DNA of 39,009 nt, from assembly GCA_020629575.1 (NCBI GenBank), contig JAHDDB010000002.1, positions 1-39,009 on the forward strand, read 5' to 3'. A program made the translations under genes and the position numbers. Below the pieces are notes generated by a model that did not search any database, had not been told where the DNA came from, and worked only from the letters and a program-made list of their open reading frames with translations. Position 1 is the stretch's first letter. Each line of letters opens with the position of its first letter. Below are positions 9,935 to 18,430 of the stretch, one piece after another. The DNA comes from Caedibacter sp. (GTDB lineage Bacteria; Pseudomonadota; Gammaproteobacteria; Francisellales; Francisellaceae).

Positions 9935-10043
9935 GAAACGGTTAATACTTTGCACTTTTGAGAAATCAAAGTATCATACTTGCTTTTTTGCATCGTGAAT
10001 CATTACCATAAGTGCCATCTTTAGATAAATTGATAAGGCATTT

Positions 10044-11534
10044 ATGCTGAACTACAAAGACTTACGCGAATTCTTAGATCACTTAGAGGAAATGGGTGAG
10101 CTAAAACGCATCAAACAAGAAGTATCGCCCTTTCTGGAGATGACTGAGATCTCATCACGTGTACTTCACCAAAAGGGACCCGCGCTTTTATTTGAAAACC
10201 CCAAAAATCATGACATACCGGTGTTAACCAACTTATTTGGCACTGAAAAACGCATTGCATTGGCACTTGGTGCGGACGATGTTAGTCAACTGCGTGAAAT
10301 TGGTAAGCTTTTGGCTTATTTAAAAGAACCTGAGCCACCAAAAGGTCTTAAAGATGCTTGGGATAAAATGCCGATATTAAAGCAAGTTTTAAAGATGTCA
10401 CCGAAGGTTATTAAGAATGCGCCGTGTCGAGAGGTGACAATCAATAAAGAAGAGATTGATTTTTATCAAATGCCCATACAAACCTGCTGGCCTGGGGATA
10501 TTGCCCCACTTGTAACATGGGGTTTAACCATCACTAATAGCATTCGCAAAGAGCGTTTAAACCTAGGTATTTATCGCCAACAAGTCATTGGCAAGAATCG
10601 CCTTATTATGCGCTGGCTTCATCACCGCGGTGGTGCGCTTGATTACCAAGCTTGGTGCAAAGCCAATCCTGAGAAGCCTTTTCCGGTATGCGTGGCACTG
10701 GGTGCAGATCCTGCGACTACTTTAGGTGCGGTGACACCTATTCCTGATACGCTCTCTGAATATGCTTTTGCCGGATTATTGCGTGGTAGCAAAACCGAGC
10801 TCACCCCTTCGATACTCCATGGTGACGATATGATGGTGCCAGCGCATGCTGAGATCATTTTAGAGGGCTTTATATATCCTAATGATGTCGCTGAAGAAGG
10901 TCCCTTTGGAGATCATACCGGTTATTATAATGAGGTTGAAAAATTTCCTGTATTCACTGTTGAGAAAATCACTCATCGCAAAAACCCGATTTATCACAGC
11001 ACATACACCGGACGCCCACCAGATGAACCGGCTATTTTAGGTGTTGCCTTTAATGAGATATTCGTGCCGATCATTCAAAAGCAATTTCCTGAAATTGTTG
11101 ATTTTTATTTGCCACCTGAAGGTTGCTCCTATCGCTTGGCAGTCGTTAGTATCAAAAAGCAATACCCAGGACACGCCAAGCGCGTGATGATGGGGGTTTG
11201 GTCATTCTTACGTCAATTCATGTATACCAAATTTGTGATTATTGTTGATGATGATATCAATACGCGCTCGTGGGAAGATGTAATCTGGGCAATTACCACA
11301 CGTATGGATCCCACAAGAGACACCACCTTGATCGATAATACACCGATTGATTATTTGGATTTTGCCTCACCTGTTGCTAGTCTAGGCTCGAAAATGGGAT
11401 TAGATGCCACCAATAAACTCCTTGGTGAAACAACACGCGAATGGGGTGAGGTGATCACCATGCGCCAAGATATTATTGATAAGGTTGATGCGATCTGGGC
11501 GAATTTAGGGATTGATAATGACTCAAAAGCCTAA
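10044..11534 (+). CDS. ubiD: 4-hydroxy-3-polyprenylbenzoate decarboxylase
   Basis: Motifs [36 protein letters not shown] and [10 protein letters not shown]. Confidence 0.97.
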   Translation: MLNYKDLREFLDHLEEMGELKRIKQEVSPFLEMTEISSRVLHQKGPALLFENPKNHDIPVLTNLFGTEKRIALALGADDVSQLREIGKLLAYLKEPEPPKGLKDAWDKMPILKQVLKMSPKVIKNAPCREVTINKEEIDFYQMPIQTCWPGDIAPLVTWGLTITNSIRKERLNLGIYRQQVIGKNRLIMRWLHHRGGALDYQAWCKANPEKPFPVCVALGADPATTLGAVTPIPDTLSEYAFAGLLRGSKTELTPSILHGDDMMVPAHAEIILEGFIYPNDVAEEGPFGDHTGYYNEVEKFPVFTVEKITHRKNPIYHSTYTGRPPDEPAILGVAFNEIFVPIIQKQFPEIVDFYLPPEGCSYRLAVVSIKKQYPGHAKRVMMGVWSFLRQFMYTKFVIIVDDDINTRSWEDVIWAITTRMDPTRDTTLIDNTPIDYLDFASPVASLGSKMGLDATNKLLGETTREWGEVITMRQDIIDKVDAIWANLGIDNDSKA

Positions 11535-11640
11535 GCAGCCCAAAGCCCTCTATGCTTTGAGGTAGAATAATTTTTTACAACTTTCTATCTTAAGGTTTTT
11601 TTGCTACCCTATGCGGACTTTGAGTTTACTTTAAAAGTCT

Positions 11641-12396
11641 ATGCCTATTTTTTTTCAACGTATTTACGCATGGTTCGTACATTTATTTACCGCTAGTGGC
11701 GCTGTTTTCTCGGTACTGGCACTAACCAGCTCAGCACAAGCTTATGCGGCTAAACTATTAGGAAACCATCTTGATTATATCCATTATCTAAAGCTTTCTT
11801 TTTTATATGTTGTCATTGCGATTTTAATCGATGCCGCCGATGGCACATTAGCGCGACGCGTTGATATCAAAAAACTAGCCCCTTTAGATGGCGGCCTATT
11901 GGATAATATTATTGATTTCACCAATTATGCGGTTATCCCTGCTGTATGGGTTTATATTACCGATGTCGTACCTGATGGCTTTAAAACACTCGCACTTATC
12001 TTGATCATGCTCGCTTCGTGCTATCAGTTTTGTCAACTTGATGCCAAAACCAAAGACCATTTCTTTAAAGGGTTTCCAAGCTATTGGAATCTAGCAATTT
12101 ATTATCTGATTTATTTCCAGTTCTCAGGAATCACTAACCTTGTAATTATTGTTGCTCTAACGATTTTGACCTTTGTGCCGATTAAATACATTTACCCATC
12201 ACGTATGAATTACCTAAGCAAACGTAAGTCAGTTATTTCATTGATGTTTATTTACACATTGATATGGGGTGCAGCAACGATTGCTTCAGCGCTTATCTGG
12301 CCAGTAGCCAACGCCCTTTTGACTTGGACGATTGTCAGTTATATTTTAGTCTATTTTCTATTTAGCCTTTATCGCACGTTAAAGCCTTTAAACTAG
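11641..12396 (+). CDS. pcs: phosphatidylcholine synthase (CDP-alcohol phosphatidyltransferase)
   Basis: Motifs AWFVHLFTASG, DAADGTLARR...DGGLLDNIID, FFKGFPSYWN and FVPIKYIYP, typical of Pcs. Confidence 0.85.
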   Translation: MPIFFQRIYAWFVHLFTASGAVFSVLALTSSAQAYAAKLLGNHLDYIHYLKLSFLYVVIAILIDAADGTLARRVDIKKLAPLDGGLLDNIIDFTNYAVIPAVWVYITDVVPDGFKTLALILIMLASCYQFCQLDAKTKDHFFKGFPSYWNLAIYYLIYFQFSGITNLVIIVALTILTFVPIKYIYPSRMNYLSKRKSVISLMFIYTLIWGAATIASALIWPVANALLTWTIVSYILVYFLFSLYRTLKPLN

Positions 12397-12436
12397 CTGT
12401 AAATAATCGGATGTATAAAGTATCGCACCTGTCATA

Positions 12437-12670
12437 TATACCCATCATAAATCATTTCGCAATGTTTAATGCTGCAGAAGTGTTTAATGATCTTGAGCGA
12501 TTGGATTGTAGATAATAGCTAGCCTTGACAGAGTCTTTGGGCGCTCATTTGCTAAAACAATGAAACTATTCATTATTTCTTAACGCATTCGCTATTGGCA
12601 AAATCCAATCGCTCAAAATCGCAAAAAATTCAATGGTAGAAATACTGTAAAATGGTTTTCGGTGGGTATA
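12437..12670 (+). mobile_element. ERIC-like MITE / long hairpin element (family B), copy 2 with a ~67-bp central insert
   Basis: TATACCC...GGGTATA ends, a perfect inner stem TTGAGCGATTGGATT/AATCCAATCGCTCAA, and AAAATTCAATGGTAGAAAT shared with copy 1. Confidence 0.8.
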
Positions 12671-12712
12671 TACTCCCAACCAATTTAAAATATCACTTTA
12701 TTACTCAAGCAC

Positions 12713-13279
12713 ATGCTTAAACATAATCGAATTATTATTGCGTTATCCGGTGCCACTGGCATTGAATATGCTGTCAGAATGCTCAAAGTTCTAAAATTGC
12801 AAGGCATTGAAACACATTTAATCATATCAAAGCCCGCTGAAATGACGCGTGAATACGAAACAGAATATCGCTCACAAGAGATCAAATCCTTAGCGCATAG
12901 CTATTATGCCAATGCGGATATTGGCGCTAAAATTGCCAGTGGTTCCTACCCAACCGATGGTATGATCATCATTCCCTCATCGACCAAAACCTTGGCTGAA
13001 ATCGCTAATGGCATAGGTGATTCGTTAATCGCACGTGCTGCAGATGTCGTGCTCAAAGAGCGACGTAAACTTATCATCTGCTTAAGAGAAACCCCCTTTA
13101 GCTTAATACACATTGAAAATATGCAAAAAGCAACATTAGCAGGTGCGATTATCATGCCGCCTGTACCTGCTTTTTATCATAAACCGCAAACGCTTGATGA
13201 CATCATTGATGACTTTGTTTATCGTACACTCGATGTTTTTGGGCTAAATTTACCACAAATGAAACAATGGCAAGGATAA
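12713..13279 (+). CDS. ubiX: flavin prenyltransferase
   Basis: Motifs IALSGATG, IASGS, LIARAADVVLKERRKL, RETP and PPVPAFY. Confidence 0.96.
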   Translation: MLKHNRIIIALSGATGIEYAVRMLKVLKLQGIETHLIISKPAEMTREYETEYRSQEIKSLAHSYYANADIGAKIASGSYPTDGMIIIPSSTKTLAEIANGIGDSLIARAADVVLKERRKLIICLRETPFSLIHIENMQKATLAGAIIMPPVPAFYHKPQTLDDIIDDFVYRTLDVFGLNLPQMKQWQG

Positions 13280-13292
13280 AAGGATAAAAAAC

Positions 13293-14309
13293 ATGCATCA
13301 AAACCTTAAATATTTTTACAGTGCTTTTTTCATTACGATCATTGGTATCATTGCTGCCATCATGCTTGAGCCAACCCACAAACTCTATGCGCTTTATTTG
13401 ATTTTGGTATTATCTCTTTTGGAGATTTCATTGAGTTTTGATAATGCCGTCGTTAATGCCAAAGTATTGGCAAAAATGCCTAAAAAATGGCAAAAGATAT
13501 TTATCTGGATTGGTTTGCCAATTGCTGTATTTGGTATGCGCCTAATATTTCCTATCCTCTTGGTTAGTGTGACAACAAGCTTATCTTTCCTTGATGTCTT
13601 TAAGCTTGCCACTAATGATCCTGCGGCTTACCAACATGCCTTAGAGCTTGGCTTCCCTACGATTTGCGCATTTGGTGGCGGCTTTCTGATCATGGTATTT
13701 TTAAAGTTTTTCGTTGCTGAGAAACATGATCTTCACTGGATCCCTGCAATTGAAGAAAATAGATTCATTAGCCTAATTCGTCACTATCCAGGTGGCTATA
13801 TTATCTTCGCATTAATTATTGGCTTTATCGTTATCTATAATGCAGATACCAATCAAGGAGGCACACTAGCGCTTGCTTTTTTAATGGGCTTAATGGTGCA
13901 TGAAGCATTAGGTATTTTAAATCATGCCTTTGGTAGCAACATGACGGGCAAGGTTATGCAAAACGGTTTTATGGGCTTTTTATATCTTGAAGTATTAGAT
14001 GCGTCTTTTAGTTTTGATGGTGTGATTGGCGCCTTTGCCATTTCAACGAATATTTTCATTATCATGATTGGTTTGGGTATTGGTGCAATGTATGTGCGCT
14101 CACTCACCATTTTCTTTGTTGAGCATCAAACCTTAACAAAATTTCGCTACCTTGAGCATGGTGCACATTACGCCATTGGATTTTTAGCGGTTGTGATGTA
14201 TATCAAGATCTACACTCATGTACCAGAATGGTTAACAGGAACTGTTGGTATTGGTTTAATTATCGTGGCATTTGTTCATTCAAATATTGCAAACAAACGT
14301 TCAACATAA
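13293..14309 (+). CDS. DUF475 / TerC-like integral membrane protein
   Basis: Motifs LEISLSFDNAVVNA, AVFGMRL, LYLEVLDASFSFDGVIGAFA and YLEHGAHYAI. Confidence 0.9.
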   Translation: MHQNLKYFYSAFFITIIGIIAAIMLEPTHKLYALYLILVLSLLEISLSFDNAVVNAKVLAKMPKKWQKIFIWIGLPIAVFGMRLIFPILLVSVTTSLSFLDVFKLATNDPAAYQHALELGFPTICAFGGGFLIMVFLKFFVAEKHDLHWIPAIEENRFISLIRHYPGGYIIFALIIGFIVIYNADTNQGGTLALAFLMGLMVHEALGILNHAFGSNMTGKVMQNGFMGFLYLEVLDASFSFDGVIGAFAISTNIFIIMIGLGIGAMYVRSLTIFFVEHQTLTKFRYLEHGAHYAIGFLAVVMYIKIYTHVPEWLTGTVGIGLIIVAFVHSNIANKRST

Positions 14310-14320
14310 CTCTTACTTGC

Positions 14321-14337
14321 CTTCGACTTACGCTCAG
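14321..14337 (-). repeat. family A motif downstream of the GIY-YIG gene
   Basis: CTTCGACTTACGCTCAG is the exact reverse complement of 14865-14881. Confidence 0.92.
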
Positions 14338-14375
14338 GCAGCGTGGTCATATGATGTGAAAGGTGGAGCCCCCTA

Positions 14376-14690
14376 TCAATGATCTTCTGGTAAATTTTTG
14401 CTCTTATTAGAATTTCGACAAATCGATAATATATGTAACTGATTATAATCACCTTGAATCAAGGCTTGTTTTTTCTTTCGACTCCAGCCTTGAATTTGCT
14501 TTTCTCGGGCATAAGCCTCATCAATTCGATCAAATTGTTCAACAAATACTAACTTTACTGGCAAACGCTTACGTGTATGATTTGCTCCTTGGCCATTTTG
14601 ATGCTCCCACAGTCTAAGCTCGACATTCTTAGTGCTCCCTGTGTAATAACTTCCATCACTACATTCAAGTATATAAACAAATGCTTGCAT
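14376..14690 (-). CDS. small stand-alone GIY-YIG endonuclease (UPF0213/YhbQ-like), 104 aa
   Basis: MQAFVYILECSDGSYYTGST..ELRLWEH..GANHTRKRLPV..AYAREKQIQGWSRKKK retains the catalytic Y, Y, R, H and E. A GAGGA RBS lies 7 nt upstream of ATG 14690. The longer ORF to 14807 just reads through the repeat. Confidence 0.92.
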   Translation of the reverse strand: MQAFVYILECSDGSYYTGSTKNVELRLWEHQNGQGANHTRKRLPVKLVFVEQFDRIDEAYAREKQIQGWSRKKKQALIQGDYNQLHILSICRNSNKSKNLPEDH

Positions 14691-14924
14691 AAGCTTAATC
14701 CTCGTTAGCTGAGCGCCAGTCGAAACCAAGCATACTGCTTCATTAACAGTGCTGCATAAAACCCCACCAAGACTTAACCCCGCTGGCTGAGCGTAAGTCA
14801 AAGTCAAATACGCTACTTCACTAACAGCGCAGCATAAAACTCGACTAAGAGCTCACCCCGTTGGCTGAGCGTAAGTCGAAGCCAAGTATACTACTTTGTT
14901 AGCAGCACTGCCCAAAGACGACAT
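14691..14924. repeat. tandem array of three 78-bp units, each carrying the family A motif
   Basis: CTGAGCG motifs start at 14709, 14787 and 14865 (period exactly 78). The units align over their whole length. Confidence 0.92.
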
Positions 14925-16353
14925 CAAGCTCGCGTACGGCTTTAACATCATCAACACGTTTTACTGGTTGCGTTAATGGCGCTGCTTTCATTTTCTCAGG
15001 ATTTGTTCGTGCTAGCTCACGAATTTCAATCATCGCATTAACAAACTGATCCATTTGCTCGCGCGTTTCTGTTTCAGTTGGCTCAATCAACAAACACTCA
15101 GGCACTAACAATGGGAAATACATCGTTGGCGCATGCATATCATGATCCAAAAGCTGCTTAGCAAAATCATTGGCATTAACACCATAGGCTTTTTTCTCAG
15201 GTGCTAATGAGACAATAAACTCATGTGACGCACGACGATCAGGTAATGCAATAGTAAAGCCTGCCAACTTCAAACGTGCCATCATATAGTTGGCATTTAA
15301 CGTAGCAATTTCTGAAGCTTTGGTTAAACCATTTCCACCCAATGTTTTAAGGTAAACATAAGCACGGATTAATACGCCAACATTCCCCATAAAGGCATGC
15401 ATCGCACCAATGGTTTGCGGAATGGCCTCTTTACCTTTGATGCGATAGATATCACCCTCTTTAACAATGGTTGGCACTGGTAAATAAGGTAATAAGCGTT
15501 TATTCACGGCAATAGGACCACCTCCTGGTCCACCACCACCATGCGGTGTTGCAAAGGTTTTATGAACATTCATATGCATTACATCAAAGCCCATTTTGCC
15601 TGGTTTGGCTTTACCCATAATCGCATTTAGATTCGCGCCATCATAATACAAAAGCCCGCCTGCCTCATGCACAAGCTTAGCCACCTGCTCGATATCACGT
15701 TCAAATACGCCCATCGTTGATGGGTTGGTTAGCATAATCCCTGCCGTATTAGGTCCTAGGACTTTCTTTAAAGCCTCAATATCAATATCACCTGTTTTTA
15801 GTGATGTTGGAATTTCGATAACTTTGCATCCTGCCATCACCGCTGTTGCAGGGTTTGTGCCATGCGCGGCATCTGGCACAATGATTTCATTGCGATGCGC
15901 TTCATTATTAGCAATATGATACGCTCTGATCATCTGTACACCGGCAAACTCACCTTGAGCACCGGCACAAGGCACAAGTGACACAGCATCCATACCAGTG
16001 ACTTCACTTAAGATTTCTTGCAACTCATAGAGCATCTCCAACAAACCCTGCTGTGTCAACTCATCTTGATAAGGATGAATATTTAATACCGATGGATTAA
16101 AGGCACACTTCAAGGCAATACGTGGGTTGTATTTCATCGTGCATGAACCCAATGGATAAAACTGCGTATCAATTGAGAAATTCTTTTGCGATAACTTGGT
16201 GAAATGACGTAAGACTTCAAGCTCACCTAATTCTGGTAATAAGGGCTTATCATCGCGCAAATGCTTTTGATCAAAATGGATAGTATCTGACACTGCCCAT
16301 TTTTGTGAATTTGCTCTACGGTTTTCTGCTGATTTTTCAAAACTAACTGTCAT
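14899..16353 (-). CDS. gcvPB: glycine dehydrogenase subunit 2
   Basis: Motifs [47 protein letters not shown] (PLP lysine) and IEPTETE. Confidence 0.97.
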   Translation of the reverse strand: MTVSFEKSAENRRANSQKWAVSDTIHFDQKHLRDDKPLLPELGELEVLRHFTKLSQKNFSIDTQFYPLGSCTMKYNPRIALKCAFNPSVLNIHPYQDELTQQGLLEMLYELQEILSEVTGMDAVSLVPCAGAQGEFAGVQMIRAYHIANNEAHRNEIIVPDAAHGTNPATAVMAGCKVIEIPTSLKTGDIDIEALKKVLGPNTAGIMLTNPSTMGVFERDIEQVAKLVHEAGGLLYYDGANLNAIMGKAKPGKMGFDVMHMNVHKTFATPHGGGGPGGGPIAVNKRLLPYLPVPTIVKEGDIYRIKGKEAIPQTIGAMHAFMGNVGVLIRAYVYLKTLGGNGLTKASEIATLNANYMMARLKLAGFTIALPDRRASHEFIVSLAPEKKAYGVNANDFAKQLLDHDMHAPTMYFPLLVPECLLIEPTETETREQMDQFVNAMIEIRELARTNPEKMKAAPLTQPVKRVDDVKAVRELDVVFGQCC

Positions 16354-16356
16354 TGA

Positions 16357-17739
16357 TTATACCTCTGCTGCACAGGTTGCTAGAACTTTTGTTAACACAT
16401 CGACATAGCGATTTAGGTCCGTCTCATTGTGCACTTCAGTGACACATACCAATAAACTATTAACCTGTTGAGCATCAAATTGCCCAAGATCATAACCTAA
16501 TTGAACTTGCTCTTTAGTCGCAAGCGCCTTAGCTTCTTTGGCTGAAATCGGCAAGTCCACAACCATTTCATACATATAGTTATGCGTAGAGCGGACTTTA
16601 ACACCTGGTATCTTTGATAGCTTCTCTATCAATCGATGCGTATTTTGATGCGATTGTAATGCCACTTCTTTTAAGCCAACAGCCCCCATCAGTGTCATAT
16701 AAACTGTTGCCGCTGTTACAAGTAAGCCTTGATTTGAGCAAATATTTGATGTTGCCTTAGCACGTCTGATATGCTGCTCACGTGCTTGAAGTGTCAAACA
16801 AAAAGCCTCTTTACCATCAACATCGACCGTGCGCCCAACAATACGACCTGGCATTTGGCGAGATAGCTCTTCCTTTGTAGTAATAAAACCAAAGTACGGA
16901 CCACCCCCACTTAAAGGTAAACCTAAACTTTGACCATCGCCACAAGCAATATCGGCACCATCTTCCTCTTCACCCCAATAGCCAGGTGCCTTTAACAAGC
17001 CTAACGTCATTGGATTGACAAGACCGATAACCATGACAGAAGACTCATGCGCCCAATCAGTTATTGCATCAAATTTAGTAATCTGACCATAGAAGTTAAC
17101 CTGTGGCACGATAACAGCAGCATAATCACCCACTTCAATCTCAGGTAAATCATCAATTTCAGTTTTACCAACACTTGGATTTGGCGTTAAAAACTCAAGC
17201 TCAACCCCTTGAGCATGTGTCATTGACTTAATGACATCAACATACTGCGGAAAAATTGCATCCGTGATAAGCACTTTCTTACTTTTGATTTTCTTATTGG
17301 CACGCACTGCCATCAATACGCTTTCAGCTAATGCTGTGGCGCCATCATACATCGAGGCATTAGAGATATCCATCCCTGTTAATGAAGCAATCATTGTTTG
17401 ATATTCATAGATCACTTGCAATGTCCCTTGTGAGGCCTCTGCCTGATATGGGGTATATGAAGTATAAAACTCACCACGACTAATCACATCCGTGACAATT
17501 GCTGGCGTGTAATGCTGATAAGCACCCGCACCAATAAAGTTGGTTTGTGGAATATTTTTAGCACACTTGTCATTAAACAAGCGATGCATTTGGCATTCAT
17601 TTAAACCATCTGCCAAATTTAAATGGCTTTTACTTTTGATCGACTGGGGAATCTCATCAAACAAGTCTTCAACTTTTTTTGCTCCAATCGTATAAAGCAT
17701 CATATCAATGTCACGCTCGGTATGCGGTACAAAAGGCAT
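16357..17739 (-). CDS. gcvPA: glycine dehydrogenase subunit 1
   Basis: Motifs MPFVPHT, YTPYQAEASQG, NASMYDGATA and LQAREQHIRRAKATSNICSNQ. Confidence 0.97.
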   Translation of the reverse strand: MPFVPHTERDIDMMLYTIGAKKVEDLFDEIPQSIKSKSHLNLADGLNECQMHRLFNDKCAKNIPQTNFIGAGAYQHYTPAIVTDVISRGEFYTSYTPYQAEASQGTLQVIYEYQTMIASLTGMDISNASMYDGATALAESVLMAVRANKKIKSKKVLITDAIFPQYVDVIKSMTHAQGVELEFLTPNPSVGKTEIDDLPEIEVGDYAAVIVPQVNFYGQITKFDAITDWAHESSVMVIGLVNPMTLGLLKAPGYWGEEEDGADIACGDGQSLGLPLSGGGPYFGFITTKEELSRQMPGRIVGRTVDVDGKEAFCLTLQAREQHIRRAKATSNICSNQGLLVTAATVYMTLMGAVGLKEVALQSHQNTHRLIEKLSKIPGVKVRSTHNYMYEMVVDLPISAKEAKALATKEQVQLGYDLGQFDAQQVNSLLVCVTEVHNETDLNRYVDVLTKVLATCAAEV

Positions 17740-17784
17740 ATAGGCTCCTTATATCATGATAAAAAATAAGTTGTACTACTTATC

Positions 17785-17837
17785 ACCTCGCCCCTTGTGG
17801 GAGAGGTCGTGCAGCATTAAGCTGCACGGGTGAGGGG
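17785..17837 (-). repeat. family C palindromic repeat, copy 2
   Basis: Its reverse complement CCCCTCACCCGTGCAGCTTAATGCTGCACGACCTCTCCCACAAGGGGCGAGGT matches 9808-9859. Confidence 0.9.
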
Positions 17838-17891
17838 TAATCAAAGTTCAACTTATTTTTTCATTGTTACTATGTATTATCTTACTTACAA

Positions 17892-17914
17892 GGGCGTATT
17901 CAATACGCCCCTAC
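17892..17914 (-). repeat. GTAG-type REP palindrome
   Basis: The minus strand reads GTAG-GGGCGTATTGAATACGCCC. A second copy is at 25094-25116. Confidence 0.85.
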
Positions 17915-17955
17915 TTACACTTAAAAAGTTATCATCGTATTTTATCATTACAAAC

Positions 17956-17990
17956 AAAAACGCCCGATGTCATCACAGCTCATCGGGCGT
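17956..17990 (-). terminator. probable intrinsic terminator after gcvH
   Basis: 10-bp stem ACGCCCGATG/CATCGGGCGT with an 11-nt loop, followed by a short T-run on the minus strand, 17 nt after the gcvH stop. Confidence 0.65.
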
Positions 17991-18007
17991 CTCTTTATAT
18001 GCCAAAC

Positions 18008-18391
18008 TTAAGCATCAAGCTCATCTGCATATTCTTCTGCAGATAATAAATCATCTAACTCGGTTGGGTCATCCATTTTAATTTTGAATAACCAACCCTC
18101 ATCATAGCACCCCTCATTAACCATTGATGGTGAGTCAACCAGTGCCTCATTGACTTCAACAATTGTCCCTGATACTGGTGCATAAACATCCGATGCAGCT
18201 TTAACTGATTCAACAACACAAACATCGTCGCCGGCTTTTACTTCATCATCTAACTCAGGCAACTCAATAAACACAAGCTCACCCGCACTTGATTGCGCAA
18301 AGTCATCAATCCCACAAACGGCAATATCACCCTCAACACGCACCCACTCATGTGACTTGCTGTAGCGACATTCTTCTCTTATTTCTGCCAT
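18008..18391 (-). CDS. gcvH: glycine cleavage system H protein
   Basis: Motifs YSKSHEWV, VESVKAASDVYAPVSG (lipoyl Lys) and GWLFKI. Confidence 0.97.
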   Translation of the reverse strand: MAEIREECRYSKSHEWVRVEGDIAVCGIDDFAQSSAGELVFIELPELDDEVKAGDDVCVVESVKAASDVYAPVSGTIVEVNEALVDSPSMVNEGCYDEGWLFKIKMDDPTELDDLLSAEEYADELDA

Positions 18392-18430
18392 TTTTTTCTC
18401 CTTAGGTTTTATATGTCATTCATTAAGATA

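Noticed and set aside
9505-10043. Fur box near fur/ubiD
   Set aside because: Candidates such as TAAATTGATAAGGCATTTA match the 19-bp consensus poorly.
14691-14807. 39-aa N-terminal extension of the GIY-YIG ORF
   Set aside because: It is translated repeat DNA. The domain and a good RBS start at 14690.
14691-14901. gcvPB-nuclease readthrough fusion
   Set aside because: The two genes are in different frames, and the gcvPB frame has stops in every unit.
14691-14924. CRISPR array
   Set aside because: The segments between motifs are homologous to each other rather than unique spacers, the repeats are degenerate, and there are no cas genes.
17830-18081. Plus-strand ORFs in the gcvH-gcvPA gap
   Set aside because: They run through repeats and a terminator and have no protein-like features.
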